Assembly: GCA_002269645.1 (NCBI GenBank)
Contig: NIVC01000922.1
Span: 1-64,000 of the forward strand
DNA length: 64,000 nucleotides
Direction: 5' to 3'
Origin: Macrostomum lignano
Lineage: Eukaryota
Shown: positions 45,841 through 60,991 of the stretch, in pieces
How positions within the stretch are numbered: the stretch's first letter is position 1
Layout: each line of letters begins with the position of its first letter
Translations under genes and position numbers: made by a program
The notes under the pieces: generated by a model
Database searches by the model: none
The model's input: only the letters and a program-made list of their open reading frames with translations
What the model was told of the DNA's origin: nothing

Positions 45841-48696
45841 TTAGGAGGCTGGCTGTCTTAGCGGCAGACGCAATGTTAAACGGGCAATTTTTACAGAAGG
45901 CTCCACCGAAGACGCCTCGGCGGTTGCGTCAGACCGACTGGCTGTTGTTGACTGAGCCGAAGGCGGCGGCGGAGTGTCCCCAGATGAGGAGGAAGTTTTC
46001 TCACGCCGATGTCGGTGCTGCTTGCTGTGATTGTGACGTCGTTTTTTCGTCGACGACGAATGAGGATCAACAGAATCGTTGCTATAGCAACGCGGTGGAG
46101 GCGGCGAGCTAGTCGAAGCTGAAGAAGACAAAGAAGACGGAGACGTTGGTTGAAGATGCTCGCTCGGCATCGGTCGCTGAGGAGGCGGCGGAGACTGCAG
46201 ATTAACGCCCAGCGATTTCAAATTCAAGCGCAGCTTCAGGCCGCCACCTTCGCCTGCGACGGGAACGGCTGGCGGCTGTGGCGCCTGTTCAATGGGAAGT
46301 TTCTCCTTTTCCTTATCCTCATCATTTTGTAGTTGCTGAGCGAATGGTCGCTTGATAGTGATCTTTAGACTGGGCAATTTCTGCGGCGATTCGTCCGAAG
46401 CGACAACCGCCGGCTCAGTCTGCTCCTTGCTGTTCTGTTGTCGAACATTCGAGTCGTGATGCTGGCGATGCTTTTTTGATCGTTTCGATTTCGATTTTAG
46501 CGGCGATATTGACGATTCGATTTTGCATTTCGAGACCAACAATTTTTCTACAGGTTTAGTGTCGTCAAGAACAGCTGATGGAACTGAGTCTGTTACTACA
46601 CAAGGTGTACCAGTTAATAAAGATACCGTTTTGGCCGCGTTGCTAGCGTCTGCTCCGTTGCTAAGGCCGTTAGACTCCGATTTCAAATTTGGCGATGCAA
46701 GTACCACTGGAAGACGCTGTTCCTCTTTTTTGAATTCGAAAATATCCGGTTGACTAACAGCAGACTTTTTACAGGGTGAAGCCTCTTTGACAGGACTGCA
46801 CTGTACTGAGTTAACGCGACTCTCTTCAGATCTTGTCGAGTCTTGTCGCAATCGTTTGAAAAGATTATCGCCATTGTGCACTGATGAACCGGTTGGCGTT
46901 GTTGCTTTTTTAGAATCCAACGACAATGGCGGTGATTTGCTAGGCGATGCGTCTTTATAATTTGTCTCGACTGCTAGGGGCAATTCAAGATCCTGATCAA
47001 CGGTAGAGGTTGGCTTTACAGTTTTGACAATATCCCTAGGATATTTATTCTCAATATTACTGACTTCATCGGTTGCACTGTTAGTTCTATCAGCACCAAT
47101 GTCAGCAGGCAACTCCGCCGGTTTTATTGTAACTTCCGCAGTCGATTCAACTTGCTTAGGCGCTGACTTAGTATCTGGCTGAGGTTCCGCTAGAGTAGGC
47201 AGCATAAGTCCGGCAGCAGCATCCTCATTTGATTCGGCACCAACAGGCTCAGTAGATGCTGATGACTGACCACCTGTATCCGCCAGTTGACCTGCACCGT
47301 TACTAGCACTAGCCAATGCTGAACTTGCAACTGCAGTCTCCGCTACATTTGAACTTGTCGGATGCTCAGGAGGCGGACCGCAAGACATCATCTCGTCTAG
47401 CAAGGATTGACAAGAGTCGCCAACATCCGCTGGCCAAGTAGGCGAAAGTGCTATAGCAGCCGCTGCTTCCGCTGCCGCTTCTTCTAGTAGTAATTCGGTG
47501 TCGGGATCTTCAACAACATCTTGCTCCTGTTGCGGTTGTTGCTGCTGTCCAACCTTGTCCAAAATACACGCGGCAAAAGCGTCGTCTAATATGCACGATT
47601 CTGCTGCTTCTTCCGCTTGCTGGCTAGCGGTATCTGGCATTTGCTGTTGTTGTTGCTGCTCCTGCTGCGACTGGTCTAACAGTGCAGTGTTGGGGCATTC
47701 GAATACAGCAGCAGCGTCTGGCAAGTCCAAGAGGCCCAGTTCCCGGAGAAACGATTCGTGACCTTCACCGTCGTCGTTGACTACGTCAGCTGGAATTGCC
47801 GAAACAGCCGACGAGGCAGCTGAAGTGGCAACGGCAGCATCTGGCAATGGCGAAGCGGGAGCTAGCACAGGCGAAGCAGAAGCAGCAGAAGGTTCTGAAG
47901 CAGACAACTGATCAGAACCATTAGCATTTTCCGCTGTCATTGTCGCTGTCTGCTGCTGCAAGTTGAAGTCGAATTCTAGACCAGCCTCTTGACAGGCTAG
48001 CATTAGCAGATCCTGCGCACCTCCGGTTGCACCTCCGCCAGAGCTAGTTGTCACTGTAGTATAGCACTCCTCCGATCGGCTATGCGTCAGCGTTGTTTGA
48101 TAAAACGTCTGACCGTGAAACGAATTGGACGACACTACTGGCATAGCCGAAAATAACACCTGCTGTTGCTGAGTCTGTTGATAAATAAACTGCTGCTGCT
48201 GCTGCTGCTGCATGAGCATCTGCTGTTGTTTACGCGCAACAGAAGCGGCAGCGGCGCCAGTGAGTTTACGCTTCGGTGGAAAGACTGCAGCGCTATTAGC
48301 GCCCGTAGATACTGGAGCGGCCATCAGCGACTGACTGGCAGACAGGGCGGTTGGTAGAGCGGTGAGGATTTGACCGCCTCCGGGAGCAGCTGAGAATGCA
48401 AGACAAGTCGGTAAAGAATTGTGATGCGATAGCAACAATTGCTGCTGCTGCTGCTGTTGATGATGAATACCTGCCCCATTTATAGCTACAGGGGCGGAGT
48501 ATTGAAACTGATGTTGCAATGGCTGCTGTTGTGGCTGCGGTACCGCAGCAGGCTTCTGTTGCTGCTGAGGCTTAGCACTAACTGGAGGCAGTTTCACGGG
48601 TGGCGGCGGTGCCGGACGAGAGGTAGGCCTCGGCGCAATGACGCGAGGTGCTATTTTACGCAGCGGCAGATTCGGCTTTGAAGCTGGTGTAGACAT
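45841..48696 (-). CDS. Intronless 951-aa Q/A/S/P-rich, probably disordered nuclear protein of unknown family
   Basis: 2856-nt ATG-to-TAA ORF with non-periodic sequence and polyQ/polyA like neighbouring exons; basic NLS-like clusters (PPKRKL, KSKRSKKHR, KKRRH). No folded domain recognised. Confidence 0.8.
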   Translation of the reverse strand: MSTPASKPNLPLRKIAPRVIAPRPTSRPAPPPPVKLPPVSAKPQQQQKPAAVPQPQQQPLQHQFQYSAPVAINGAGIHHQQQQQQQLLLSHHNSLPTCLAFSAAPGGGQILTALPTALSASQSLMAAPVSTGANSAAVFPPKRKLTGAAAASVARKQQQMLMQQQQQQQFIYQQTQQQQVLFSAMPVVSSNSFHGQTFYQTTLTHSRSEECYTTVTTSSGGGATGGAQDLLMLACQEAGLEFDFNLQQQTATMTAENANGSDQLSASEPSAASASPVLAPASPLPDAAVATSAASSAVSAIPADVVNDDGEGHESFLRELGLLDLPDAAAVFECPNTALLDQSQQEQQQQQQMPDTASQQAEEAAESCILDDAFAACILDKVGQQQQPQQEQDVVEDPDTELLLEEAAAEAAAAIALSPTWPADVGDSCQSLLDEMMSCGPPPEHPTSSNVAETAVASSALASASNGAGQLADTGGQSSASTEPVGAESNEDAAAGLMLPTLAEPQPDTKSAPKQVESTAEVTIKPAELPADIGADRTNSATDEVSNIENKYPRDIVKTVKPTSTVDQDLELPLAVETNYKDASPSKSPPLSLDSKKATTPTGSSVHNGDNLFKRLRQDSTRSEESRVNSVQCSPVKEASPCKKSAVSQPDIFEFKKEEQRLPVVLASPNLKSESNGLSNGADASNAAKTVSLLTGTPCVVTDSVPSAVLDDTKPVEKLLVSKCKIESSISPLKSKSKRSKKHRQHHDSNVRQQNSKEQTEPAVVASDESPQKLPSLKITIKRPFAQQLQNDEDKEKEKLPIEQAPQPPAVPVAGEGGGLKLRLNLKSLGVNLQSPPPPQRPMPSEHLQPTSPSSLSSSASTSSPPPPRCYSNDSVDPHSSSTKKRRHNHSKQHRHRREKTSSSSGDTPPPPSAQSTTASRSDATAEASSVEPSVKIARLTLRLPLRQPAS

Positions 48697-50414
48697 TTTT
48701 TGCGATTGTTTTTCTTGTCAAAATAGAATTTAACCAGCAAGATTGGTTGAGCAAGAGAAACTCAAGAGTTCAGAAATTATCAACCAGTTGTTGTTGGCGC
48801 TGTTACTATGCCAGTTGCCATGGTGTAGCACACTGGCATCTGGTGGCTTTGTAATTGTTTCCAATAAATTCCAAGAAATGGTTGACAGTCACACCAAGAC
48901 CAAGCTGGCTGTAATTGTATAAAAAGGCTGTCTTAGTCTGATATAGTACTACTTTTTTGTAAATAAAAAGCACATCATTAAAACTCTATCTGAATGATGA
49001 TTTGACATAGCAAAAAAACATTTATAGCAAAATTATATCACATAAATGGTAGAATTTTTAAGTATTTCGATAATAATGCTTTGGCTAGACATAGTGATAA
49101 ATTTGGTTTATAGATAGGTTTATAGATAAGATAACAATTTTGAGAGATAAGTTTACGACAAGTAAACTTGGCATATTTCCTATGTGACATTTTGAAAGTA
49201 AAAGCACAATTTTAATATGTTTTTGCATTAATCTCTATCTCTATCTTCTCTATCTTATTCTTAATTTCAAATCAACCAAGGATTGTATGGTTAAAATTTA
49301 TTGTATCTGCTTCAATGCTAAAGGTATTAAATATTTGAAAAACAAGTTTTCCTAATGCTTTTGATGGGAGATCAAATGAGGTTGAATTCTTGACAGGCTG
49401 AATTCTAATTTCAATCATGATTACATCTTATGATACGCTTTTTATGAGGAGGCAGTGGGCCAAGCATTGCGCATGCACTCTGGAGAGATGTATATCAGCC
49501 AGTGCACTTTGAGATTATTGACATTTTTTAGGGTTTACAATATTATGTACATTCATAGCTCCTTTCACCCGTCGAGAATTTTAGCTACATGTAACCAAAG
49601 CATTTCGATCTACAGAGGACTGAAGGTCTAAACCAATTTTGCTCGCGTTTTCACTGAAAGGTCTGTAATTATATGGAAAGAAGACAGTTAAAATTTCCTG
49701 TATCTGCTCCAATGCTCCAAAGGAATAAAATATTCGAAAAAACAATGCTTTTAATGGGAGGTCATACCAGGTTGAATTCTTGACTGGCGGAATTCCAAAA
49801 ATGATTGCGCCACAACTTTGCACTGTGTAGACCTCAATACTGACTGCAATGAAAATAATGCTCAGCGGCTGCGTGTGTACATTATGACTGAGTGGTGGAC
49901 TGCATAGATAATTTCCATTTATAGATTTCACTCAACTGTGCACACTAACTGTGCACACTGAGCAGCCTATCACTGCTATGCATTTAACCAGATTATTTCT
50001 CTAGAGGATAAAAGATTATTGCATTTGATGAGACATTATAACTGCACTAGATGATTGGGGGATGCTTGATATTGGGGAGGCAAGAGGCTTGCTCTTGGGA
50101 AGGGGGGGGGGGACTTGCCATCTTGAGGTATGCTATCTGGGGGATGCTTAGTATTGTATTTTGGGGATGCTTGCTATTGCATTTGGGGGGGGGGTGCTTG
50201 CTGTTGTAATTGGGGGGGGGGGTGCTTGCTGTTGTAATTGGGTGTATGCTTGCTATCTTGGGGGGTGGTAGTTGCTTTCTATCTGGGGGATAGAAGACCA
50301 TGGAGACCATTCTGCAAAACTGCTGAAGGTATTGCTAAATGCTAAGTTTTGCAAGACTGCCGATATGAATCGAAAATTGATTAGTAAGCCGTACAATGCT
50401 GAACAAATTGTAGC

Positions 50415-50605
50415 TTTATGAGGATACTGAGGAGCGGCTGAGAGGAGAACTGCAGACTGCTGATGGGATAATGAGGATACTGAGGAGCCGGCTGAGAGGA
50501 CAACTGCAGACTGCTGAGAAGATAATGAGGATACTGAGGAGCCAGCTGAGAGGACAACTGCAGACTGCTAAGAAGATAATTAGGATACTGAGGAGCCAGC
50601 TGAGA
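50415..50605. repeat. ~54-bp tandem repeat followed by a GA-rich tract (to ~50870)
   Basis: GAGGATACTGAGGAGCC.GCTGAGAGGA.AACTGCAGACTGCT x3-4. Confidence 0.8.
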
Positions 50606-51033
50606 GAATAGAAAGGAGAAGGAAGATAAGAGAGAAGAGGGGGTGAGAAGAGAGAGGAGAGAGGAGAGGAGAGAGAAAAGAAGAGACACAAGATGAGATA
50701 AGAGAGATGAAAGAAAGGAGAGATAAGGGAAGATATGAGAGAAGATGGGAGAAAGAAGAGAGATGAAAGAAAGGAGAGATAAGGGAAGATATGAGAGAAG
50801 ATGGGAGAAAGAAGAGAGGAGAGAGGAGAGACAAGGGATGAAAGAGATAAGAGGAAACAAAGAGACAATAGAAATTTTAAAGGATCCAAGGGATGTAGGG
50901 AGAGTCAGGGAGAGACCAAAGTTTAACAATATATGTTTTAGAGTTAGACAGACATTGCCTAACATTCTGCGCAGTACCCCAGCCAACAATGTCTCAAACC
51001 CTAATTTTACATGAATGTGCTCCATTGTCTACC

Positions 51034-51156
51034 TCTATCTTACTAACTATTAACAAGTTTTTGTTTCTGTATGGCCTTAGATTTCAGAATACATGCAAAA
51101 GTAGTTCCGGGGATTAGAATTCCCCAGGTTCAAATCTGCAGGTTTCAACAGCTTGT
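51034..51156 (+). mobile_element. Short non-autonomous Helitron-like repeat (copy 2)
   Basis: 5' TCTATCTTACTAACTATTA; subterminal hairpin GGGGATTAGAATTCCCC; 3' ACAGCTTGT; homologous to 14225-14353. Confidence 0.5.
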
Positions 51157-51751
51157 CATTAATATACTAAGCCTAGAAAATAAAAATTGCTAATTTTTTA
51201 TTTGAAAAATATTGTTTCAGTGGAGTTTTTGTCTTGTGCTAAATTGTGCAGATTTTTTGTCTTGATTTGAGCCATATTATATTAATGCAGTGCATATTCA
51301 ATGTCTTTTTGTGTTAGAATTTTCTAAAAAAGGCTATCTTCTTAACTATGGCCATGGGGCCCCTAGCTTAAATACAAAAAAATATGTAGGATTGTAGCAT
51401 AGCAAATTTGTTGGCTATGATTTAAGAAATTAAATTGATCTCATTATTATATTTATTCGTATTTTTATTGTCTTAAATAATATAGGTCCCCTATACAAAT
51501 TTTGTTTCTAGAATTGGAATTTAACAAGCTCAAAATCTGCAGGTTTTAATAGCAACTTAATTAGAATGATAGTTATTATTTGTCCAGTGACTAGACAAAT
51601 ACTAATAGTAAGATAGCAATAATAAACTAGTGAATAAATAGTGAAATAGCCATTTTGTTATTTGTCTAGTCAAATTGCTAATATGCAACAATTTTTTACT
51701 TTAAAGTATTTGCTAATGGATAAATATTCTAGATTTTTAAGACCTTTTTTC

Positions 51752-52900
51752 ATGAGTATAACTTTGGCCATCAACTTTTCTGTCAACTTTTCTGTTAACT
51801 TTTCTGTTAACTTTTCCGTTAACTTTTCCGTTCACTTTTCCATCAACTTTTCCATCAGTATTCCATCAAATTTTCAGTTAACAATTAGTTGTTCCAAAAA
51901 AACATATGTGACTTTCTCAAATAGGATCATCATGCAAGTAGCTCTTTGATCATTTATTGTCTTTGCATTAGAGGTCGGACAGGAAGTCGAGATTCGGGAA
52001 CAGGTCTTTTGATTAATAATTTATAAAATTAGTGATTACTTAAAGGTATTTTGCTTCAACTTGTACTCGTTATATTATTTACTTTGTTGGTTACAAAACT
52101 TCATATCAATTTTGTTGTGTTTTACTTCTTGATCTTGACAATCTTTTCTCAATTTTGTTTAACTTTACATGGACAATACACTAAAAGACCTGATCCCGAT
52201 TCCCGAATCCCGATCCCAATCCCGATCCCGAGAAAAAAATTATTCCCAATCCCGATCCCGCCCGAAGATTTCAATCCCGTCTGACCTCTATTTTGCATGC
52301 TTATTATATATATATTGATGAAAAACAAGCCTGCGTTAGTAACAACGTGCATCTTTTCCTTTTTTCCTAATACTAGCCCTTTATTTCACAAAGAAAAATC
52401 GATGAACAAGTGCAGATGTTGTAGTACAGGTAGTGCAGCAATACCAATTAAATTCTAGAACATGTTGCGCTAGAAATTTTTGCATGTGTTTTTTATTTAT
52501 AATTTATACATGTACATGTGTATACTCAACAAATTTAAAGCATGTATAAAAATAGCTAAGGAAACTGCACTTATGCAAAAAATTAACACTTTCCATTCAG
52601 AGTACACAAAAATTTGACAGAATATATTTTACAGACTTGCATAACTGTTGATGAAAAAGTTAACGGAAAAGTGATGAGATATTTGGCAGAAAAGTTAACA
52701 GAATAGTAAACGGAAATGTTGATAAAAGAGTTAACAGAAAAATTTATTGGATTACTTGACGGAATAGTTAACAGAAAAGTTGACTGATAAAGTTATTTAT
52801 CCTACTAACACGAAAAGTTGACGGATTAGTTGATGGAATAGTTAACAGAAAATTTATTGGAAAAGTTGACGGAAAAGTTGACAGCCAAAGTTATACTCGT
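51752..52900. mobile_element. Non-autonomous TIR element with 9-bp TSD (Mutator/MULE-type)
   Basis: TIR ATGAGTATAACTTTGGC..TCAACTTTTC versus reverse complement ACGAGTATAACTTTGGC..TCAACTTTTC; TSD CCTTTTTTC at 51743-51751 and 52901-52909; 12-bp subterminal repeats on both sides. Confidence 0.8.
51969..52290. mobile_element. hAT-type MITE nested in the MULE-type element
   Basis: TIR TAGAGGTCGGACAGGA / TCCCGTCTGACCTCTA; flanks CTTTGCAT / TTTTGCAT (7 of 8 TSD match); ATCCCG subterminal repeats. Confidence 0.75.
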
Positions 52901-53427
52901 CCTTTTTTCCTATCTTAATTATTTTGTTATACTAATATAAGCCTAGCATACCTGTATATAAGTAATACAATAATACATTAACTTTCTTAAAAATTCACTT
53001 GCACACTGACTACATGATTATTAAAACTTCTCATTGTTGAGTTTAATTTTCATACCTTGCTTCCTCTCCTCTTTGCACTTTGCCTTATAAAATGATACAG
53101 AGCATAGAAGGATACAAATACAAGATAGGAAGCAGTCAAACCAAGTTTAGACTAGATGTACACTAGAAATAAAATAGCCTAGTAGTAGTATAATAATATA
53201 TTAGACCTAAACAAAATAATTAAGAATAGGCTAAAAAGCCTATAAAATTTAGAAATAGGCCTATCATACTCATAAATAAATATATATATATATAAATAGT
53301 AGGCCTAATATCCATTTAACTGGACAAATAGTAAAATGGCTAGGCCTATTTATCTGGTAACCAGACAAATAGGCCTAAACATGTCACTATTTGTCTGGTC
53401 ATTGGACAATTAACAACTGCCTATAGT

Positions 53428-53787
53428 TATTTTTATTAGAGGCAGGGGGGTTGTGTGCACCCTGGCGCACTTTAGGCAACATAGGCACACAACTGGCGAG
53501 AGGCATTACTGCCCATTCTGCCGACTCCCCTGAGCAGGCATACAAGTGCGGGGATACGTTACGCAGGCACACACTCACACAAAAGTATACAGCGGCCCTA
53601 ACTTTATCAATTGTTAGGCATGTACACTTCACTGCGCCTTGGGGGGTTGGCTCTCAAGGCCATTAATTGCACAGGCGAGCCAAGCCAAAATTCCAATTCA
53701 GCCCCAAATTAATGTGGCTGCACTTGGAATTGAGCCTGGGTTGCGGCACACCAGAGCAGCTGCACTACCGCTGGGCTATGGCCCCCC
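53428..53787 (-). mobile_element. tRNA-derived SINE family B, near full length (~360 bp)
   Basis: Minus strand begins GGGGGCCATAGCCCAGCGGTAG (A-box), has GGCTCAATTCC (degenerate B-box) and ends in TAATAAAAATAA; second copy at 4650-4820. Confidence 0.65.
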
Positions 53788-53815
53788 TTACTGCCTTCTG
53801 CCTATAGTATTAGAA

Positions 53816-54138
53816 TCTATAATTTTAATAAAATTTAATTGCTAAAAATGTAAACCTATCACCTAGCTTTTTTAATGTATGCTCTGACATGACACTGATA
53901 GGATAGGCTGGATAGCCGATAGGGATCTTGTGATTCCATATAAGAAAATAGCCATACTCCCATAGCCATAGCATTTAAGGATAGGCCCCTAAGTGTGTGT
54001 GTGTGGCCTAGTTCCCAGTGAGCTCCGCTCACCCCAAGGTTTGTGGGGTGAGCGGAGCGAACGCGCGAGGCACAAAGTGCCGAGCATGAGGAACAAACAG
54101 CCAGCCAATGCGCGAAGCGCATTGGGTGGTCTGGCTTG
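53816..54138 (+). mobile_element. Non-autonomous Helitron-like element
   Basis: A|TCTATA 5' end; 15-bp stem hairpin at 54022-54058; subterminal hairpin CCAATGCGC-GAA-GCGCATTGG at 54105-54125, then CTTG|T. Confidence 0.5.
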
Positions 54139-57100
54139 TGACGAATATAATAATATGAGACGTGTGCATCGAAAAAATGACAAGAAAAATCTCACAAAAA
54201 CTGCTGTAACTTCAAAACTACAAGTGCGAATTTCACAAGTGAGGTGTCATTTTAAAGAGAAGAATCTGATCTATTTAACGAGTATAGTTTTGTATGGATT
54301 CACTGCGGAGAAAAGGAACAGGCTTCAGTTGAAATGTTTGTCTTAAGACTATGTCTTTACAAAAGTGCATTTCCTCATGCACATTAAAACTCGAGCTAAA
54401 AATGTTCGAGGGTTATAGGTGCGCCTTACTAAGATGCATAACATTATTGGGTTGTTTTTTTCAATTGTATCAAAAAGTTGGCACTTTGGTTGCAAAAAAT
54501 GCAAAAATTGAAAATGTACTTTTACAGTTTTTTGCATTTTTTTCTATACTGCTAATAGTTAAGCATACATACTATGCACCAATTGATGCGCAATTCAAAG
54601 ATACACAAGTGTGGAAGTTTTCAATTCTTAGACATTTGAAATCAGAAAGTTATCGACGAAAGACTAAAAATCATGATCTCAAACTGATTTGAGGAAAAGT
54701 GCTCATTATAATTTTTGGAATATGGAAGAAACAATTCAACGCCGTCATCTAATTCCAAACTAACTGTACTTTAAGGTACTGCGATGATTTTTTTATTGAA
54801 AGAGCGAAACCTGTTTAAATATTTGAAAAAATGGAAAAAAAGTACCTTTTTTCATAGAAATACACTCTTTTGACTGCTTAATCCGATTTCCAACAACAAA
54901 ATAGTTGCTTTCCTGCTGGTGCAAACCGTAATTAGGGTGAATTTTCAAAATTGCATACTGTGCCAAAAGTAAACTGAAGCTTAATATTTATAAACATTAG
55001 AAACGGGACCACTAATGGGTATTTTACTTTGGTTACTTACTATGGACTAAACTGGCACTGGCAGAGACAGATTTGAGAGAAACTAATTGCTCCATTGTAT
55101 TTGTATTTGGCTCCAGCGTTACAAATTACAATAGCTATTTCGGGGTCTAACCGGCTAAGTTATCAAAAAAGCTAGATACCAATCACCAGTTTCATCATCA
55201 GCTATACCTACCACGATTTTATAGTCACATGCAACAGTAATACCCTCCTTTAAAAGTTTTCAATATCTAAAATGATGTGTTAAATTTTATAAAATTTCAT
55301 AAACAGTGAAATTTTAGCTGTTTACGTGCTGGTGGTTTGAACGTAGCTACTTTGTGCGAAAATACACTGTCATTAATACCGTACCTATTATTGTATTTAT
55401 TGTATTGAAAGTTGATGTGTAAATTGTACTTTTCTATTTTTTTGTCATTCGTTATCGCACTCGGGCCGGCCTGCCTGCCTTGTGGGGTGTGGTGGCCTTG
55501 GCCACTTTCTCCCCCTTCTGCTAGGATCCAAAGCAAGCTTTCAAGTGTACATTTAATATTATCGATCGATTATTTAAAACAAGCCTCTAGTGGCTGGTGT
55601 TGAGAGTGAGTGGCCTTGAGTGTACGCGAAAGCAAGAGGAAGCCCATGGGCGGACTATATGAACCTTCCTTTAGTGGAAAGTTGGGCCTTGTGCATTGGA
55701 TAGTGTACGCTACACAAGACAGAAGGTAAAGAGAAAGAGAACGACAGGCTAGCCAATAGCGATAGCATGTGCTTCTTTCTCTCCAGTCCACTATGGTAGG
55801 GGGGGGGGGAGGGGGTGTCAGACGGCCCAACTCTAACCCCCATACCCAAAACAGCGTACATGTAGAATAAGAAGGGATTGGGTCCAGATAAGTCTTCCCA
55901 AATGTACATGTATGTACAAAGACAAACACAGACAAGAAAAATGGCTCTAAAAACCATTGTTATTGTTACACTGTGTGTCTATTTTTATTAACTTGACTTT
56001 GACTTGTCTTTACTCTAGCATGGTCAAGGATAATTACTGTTACTTCATACCTAATTTACAATTAATTGCATAAGATTAAGAAGGAATAATACAATCGAGG
56101 TCGAACCCATGATCACTTGACCCACCCACCCATGATCACTTCTGATTCTGACCTACATGTATCTACTATATCCTGCCAGTTTCTCCAGTTTTATGGGTCT
56201 TGGTGTCGGTGATTCGAGCAATTCCATTACATTTTATCGGTGCAGTGCGTCTATTAATGCTTAGCTACTTGTATATGTGTTGCAGAACTTATGCTCGTAG
56301 TTTCCCTTCTAGGGATGTTGACCCCGGGAGTGCTCCCCGGGGAGCTTGTCGGGGAATACTCTCCGGGGAATTTAACCGGGGTCCCCGATAAGATAATTCC
56401 CTGGGGAATCGACATCCCTAATTCCCTTCCTATAAATCATTTGACGTTAGAGACATTTTACAACTCTCGCCCTACTTTATCTATTAGGCTAACTTTATGT
56501 ATGACACGACGCAAAATATTAGGAGCATCAGCGTTAATAATGCCTTGAAAGTCTTTAAATAATCGATACAACACTAGGTATTATAAAACTCCAACCCCAA
56601 AGCTCACTGGGGCGAAAAGACTTTGTCTTCATTAACTAGTAGAGTTAATAAATTTGATGTTAGCTAGGCCTAATCTAAAAATAAATAGATTCCTTAGCCT
56701 ATGCCTAACCAGTACATACAGTATAGAGTTGTCTAATTACAACACTACACAAGGCCTGCAAATTCTTTAACGCTAGTCAAGCTAAAAGGCAAATCGCAAA
56801 TGCAACTTAAAAAAAGGAATTAGTTCAATTACTACTTTTTATTTGTTTTTGAACCTGCGGAACTACTTTAAATTGCAGGATTCTTTTGCTGCATTAAAAA
56901 GCATCGCATTAGTTTTTTTTAATTTTTAAAGAAGGCATTATTTTAAACTTTTTAAATCTCATTGCGTTTAGCTCAAAAAATTTAGTTTATCTAGTTTAAG
57001 TCTGACCGTTATGGGATAACTTTGAAATATAAAATTCGGTGAATAATAGGTGATATCATTAATGAGCCTCTTCATATCGCCGGTTCGAAAAACGGCGGTT

Positions 57101-58040
57101 CGACGCTCTTCATATCGATGGTTCGAAAAACGGAATCAGTTCCGGAACATGGTTCTGGTTCTAGAATATGGTTCGAGAAATTTTCTCGAACCGTCGTCAT
57201 GTATACACTTTAACAGTAAAATATATTTGAAATCGTCAATTTTTATTATTAATATTGAGCCTCTTCACGGCAATCGGTTCTAGAACCAGAATAAATTCGA
57301 GTTCTAGAACCAGAACCAGTGTGAAATGAGGAGCTTCGAACCCATTTTATGTTTGACAGTCTTTACAATTTAATTTTGTCGTTTTTTACTTTGTTTCCTC
57401 TTAGGATACGACAAAAAAGGAATAATTATATAACAATAATAAAATTTAATAATGAAAACAAGAATATAAATAATAATAATATTTTAAATATTAACTAAAG
57501 TTATTTATTCCATAACTCTTACAATAAATAGTTTTCTTTGCAATAAAGTACTGAATTGACAAAAAATGTGTATCGGTTCGGTGCGATGCGGGGCGGTGCG
57601 GCAGCCCTAAATTTTCAAATGAGACATTTTCCAGGAACGACGGATTTTAAAAATTGCGATAACTTCTATTAAACTTAAACTTAACTCCCTTCCCATTAGC
57701 TCCTGTAATCTTTAGAGTGACAGTTAAAAAAGTATCTTAAAGCTGCATCCACTATTTAAGTTTATTGGGGACTAATCAGTATACCTCTGTTTTACATCTT
57801 AATAGTTAATTTCGAATCCGTCCTGACACTGACAGTGTCTTTATGCAGTGGGTTTCACGTTGAGTTTTAAAGTTTATCTCGAGATCACTACCGTCTGAAA
57901 GCATTATTCCTGTTTAATAATAACCTTTGATAATAATAATAATATTACACTTGGATATAACCCTAATTTGTTTGTATAGCTTCAGTTAAACTTGTTGTTT
58001 GTATAAACGTCCATAGTAAATTCTAGAAATTACGAACACA

Positions 58041-60991
<2,951 letters not shown>

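Noticed and set aside
48805-48826. X-box upstream of the 951-aa ORF (GTTGCCATGGTGTA)
   Set aside because: Only 10 of 14 positions match and the second half-site is broken; compatible with chance.
57050-57610. hAT element with GGTTC subterminal repeats ending GCAGCCCTA
   Set aside because: Only one plausible terminus; no matching TIR or TSD found, so it is not called.
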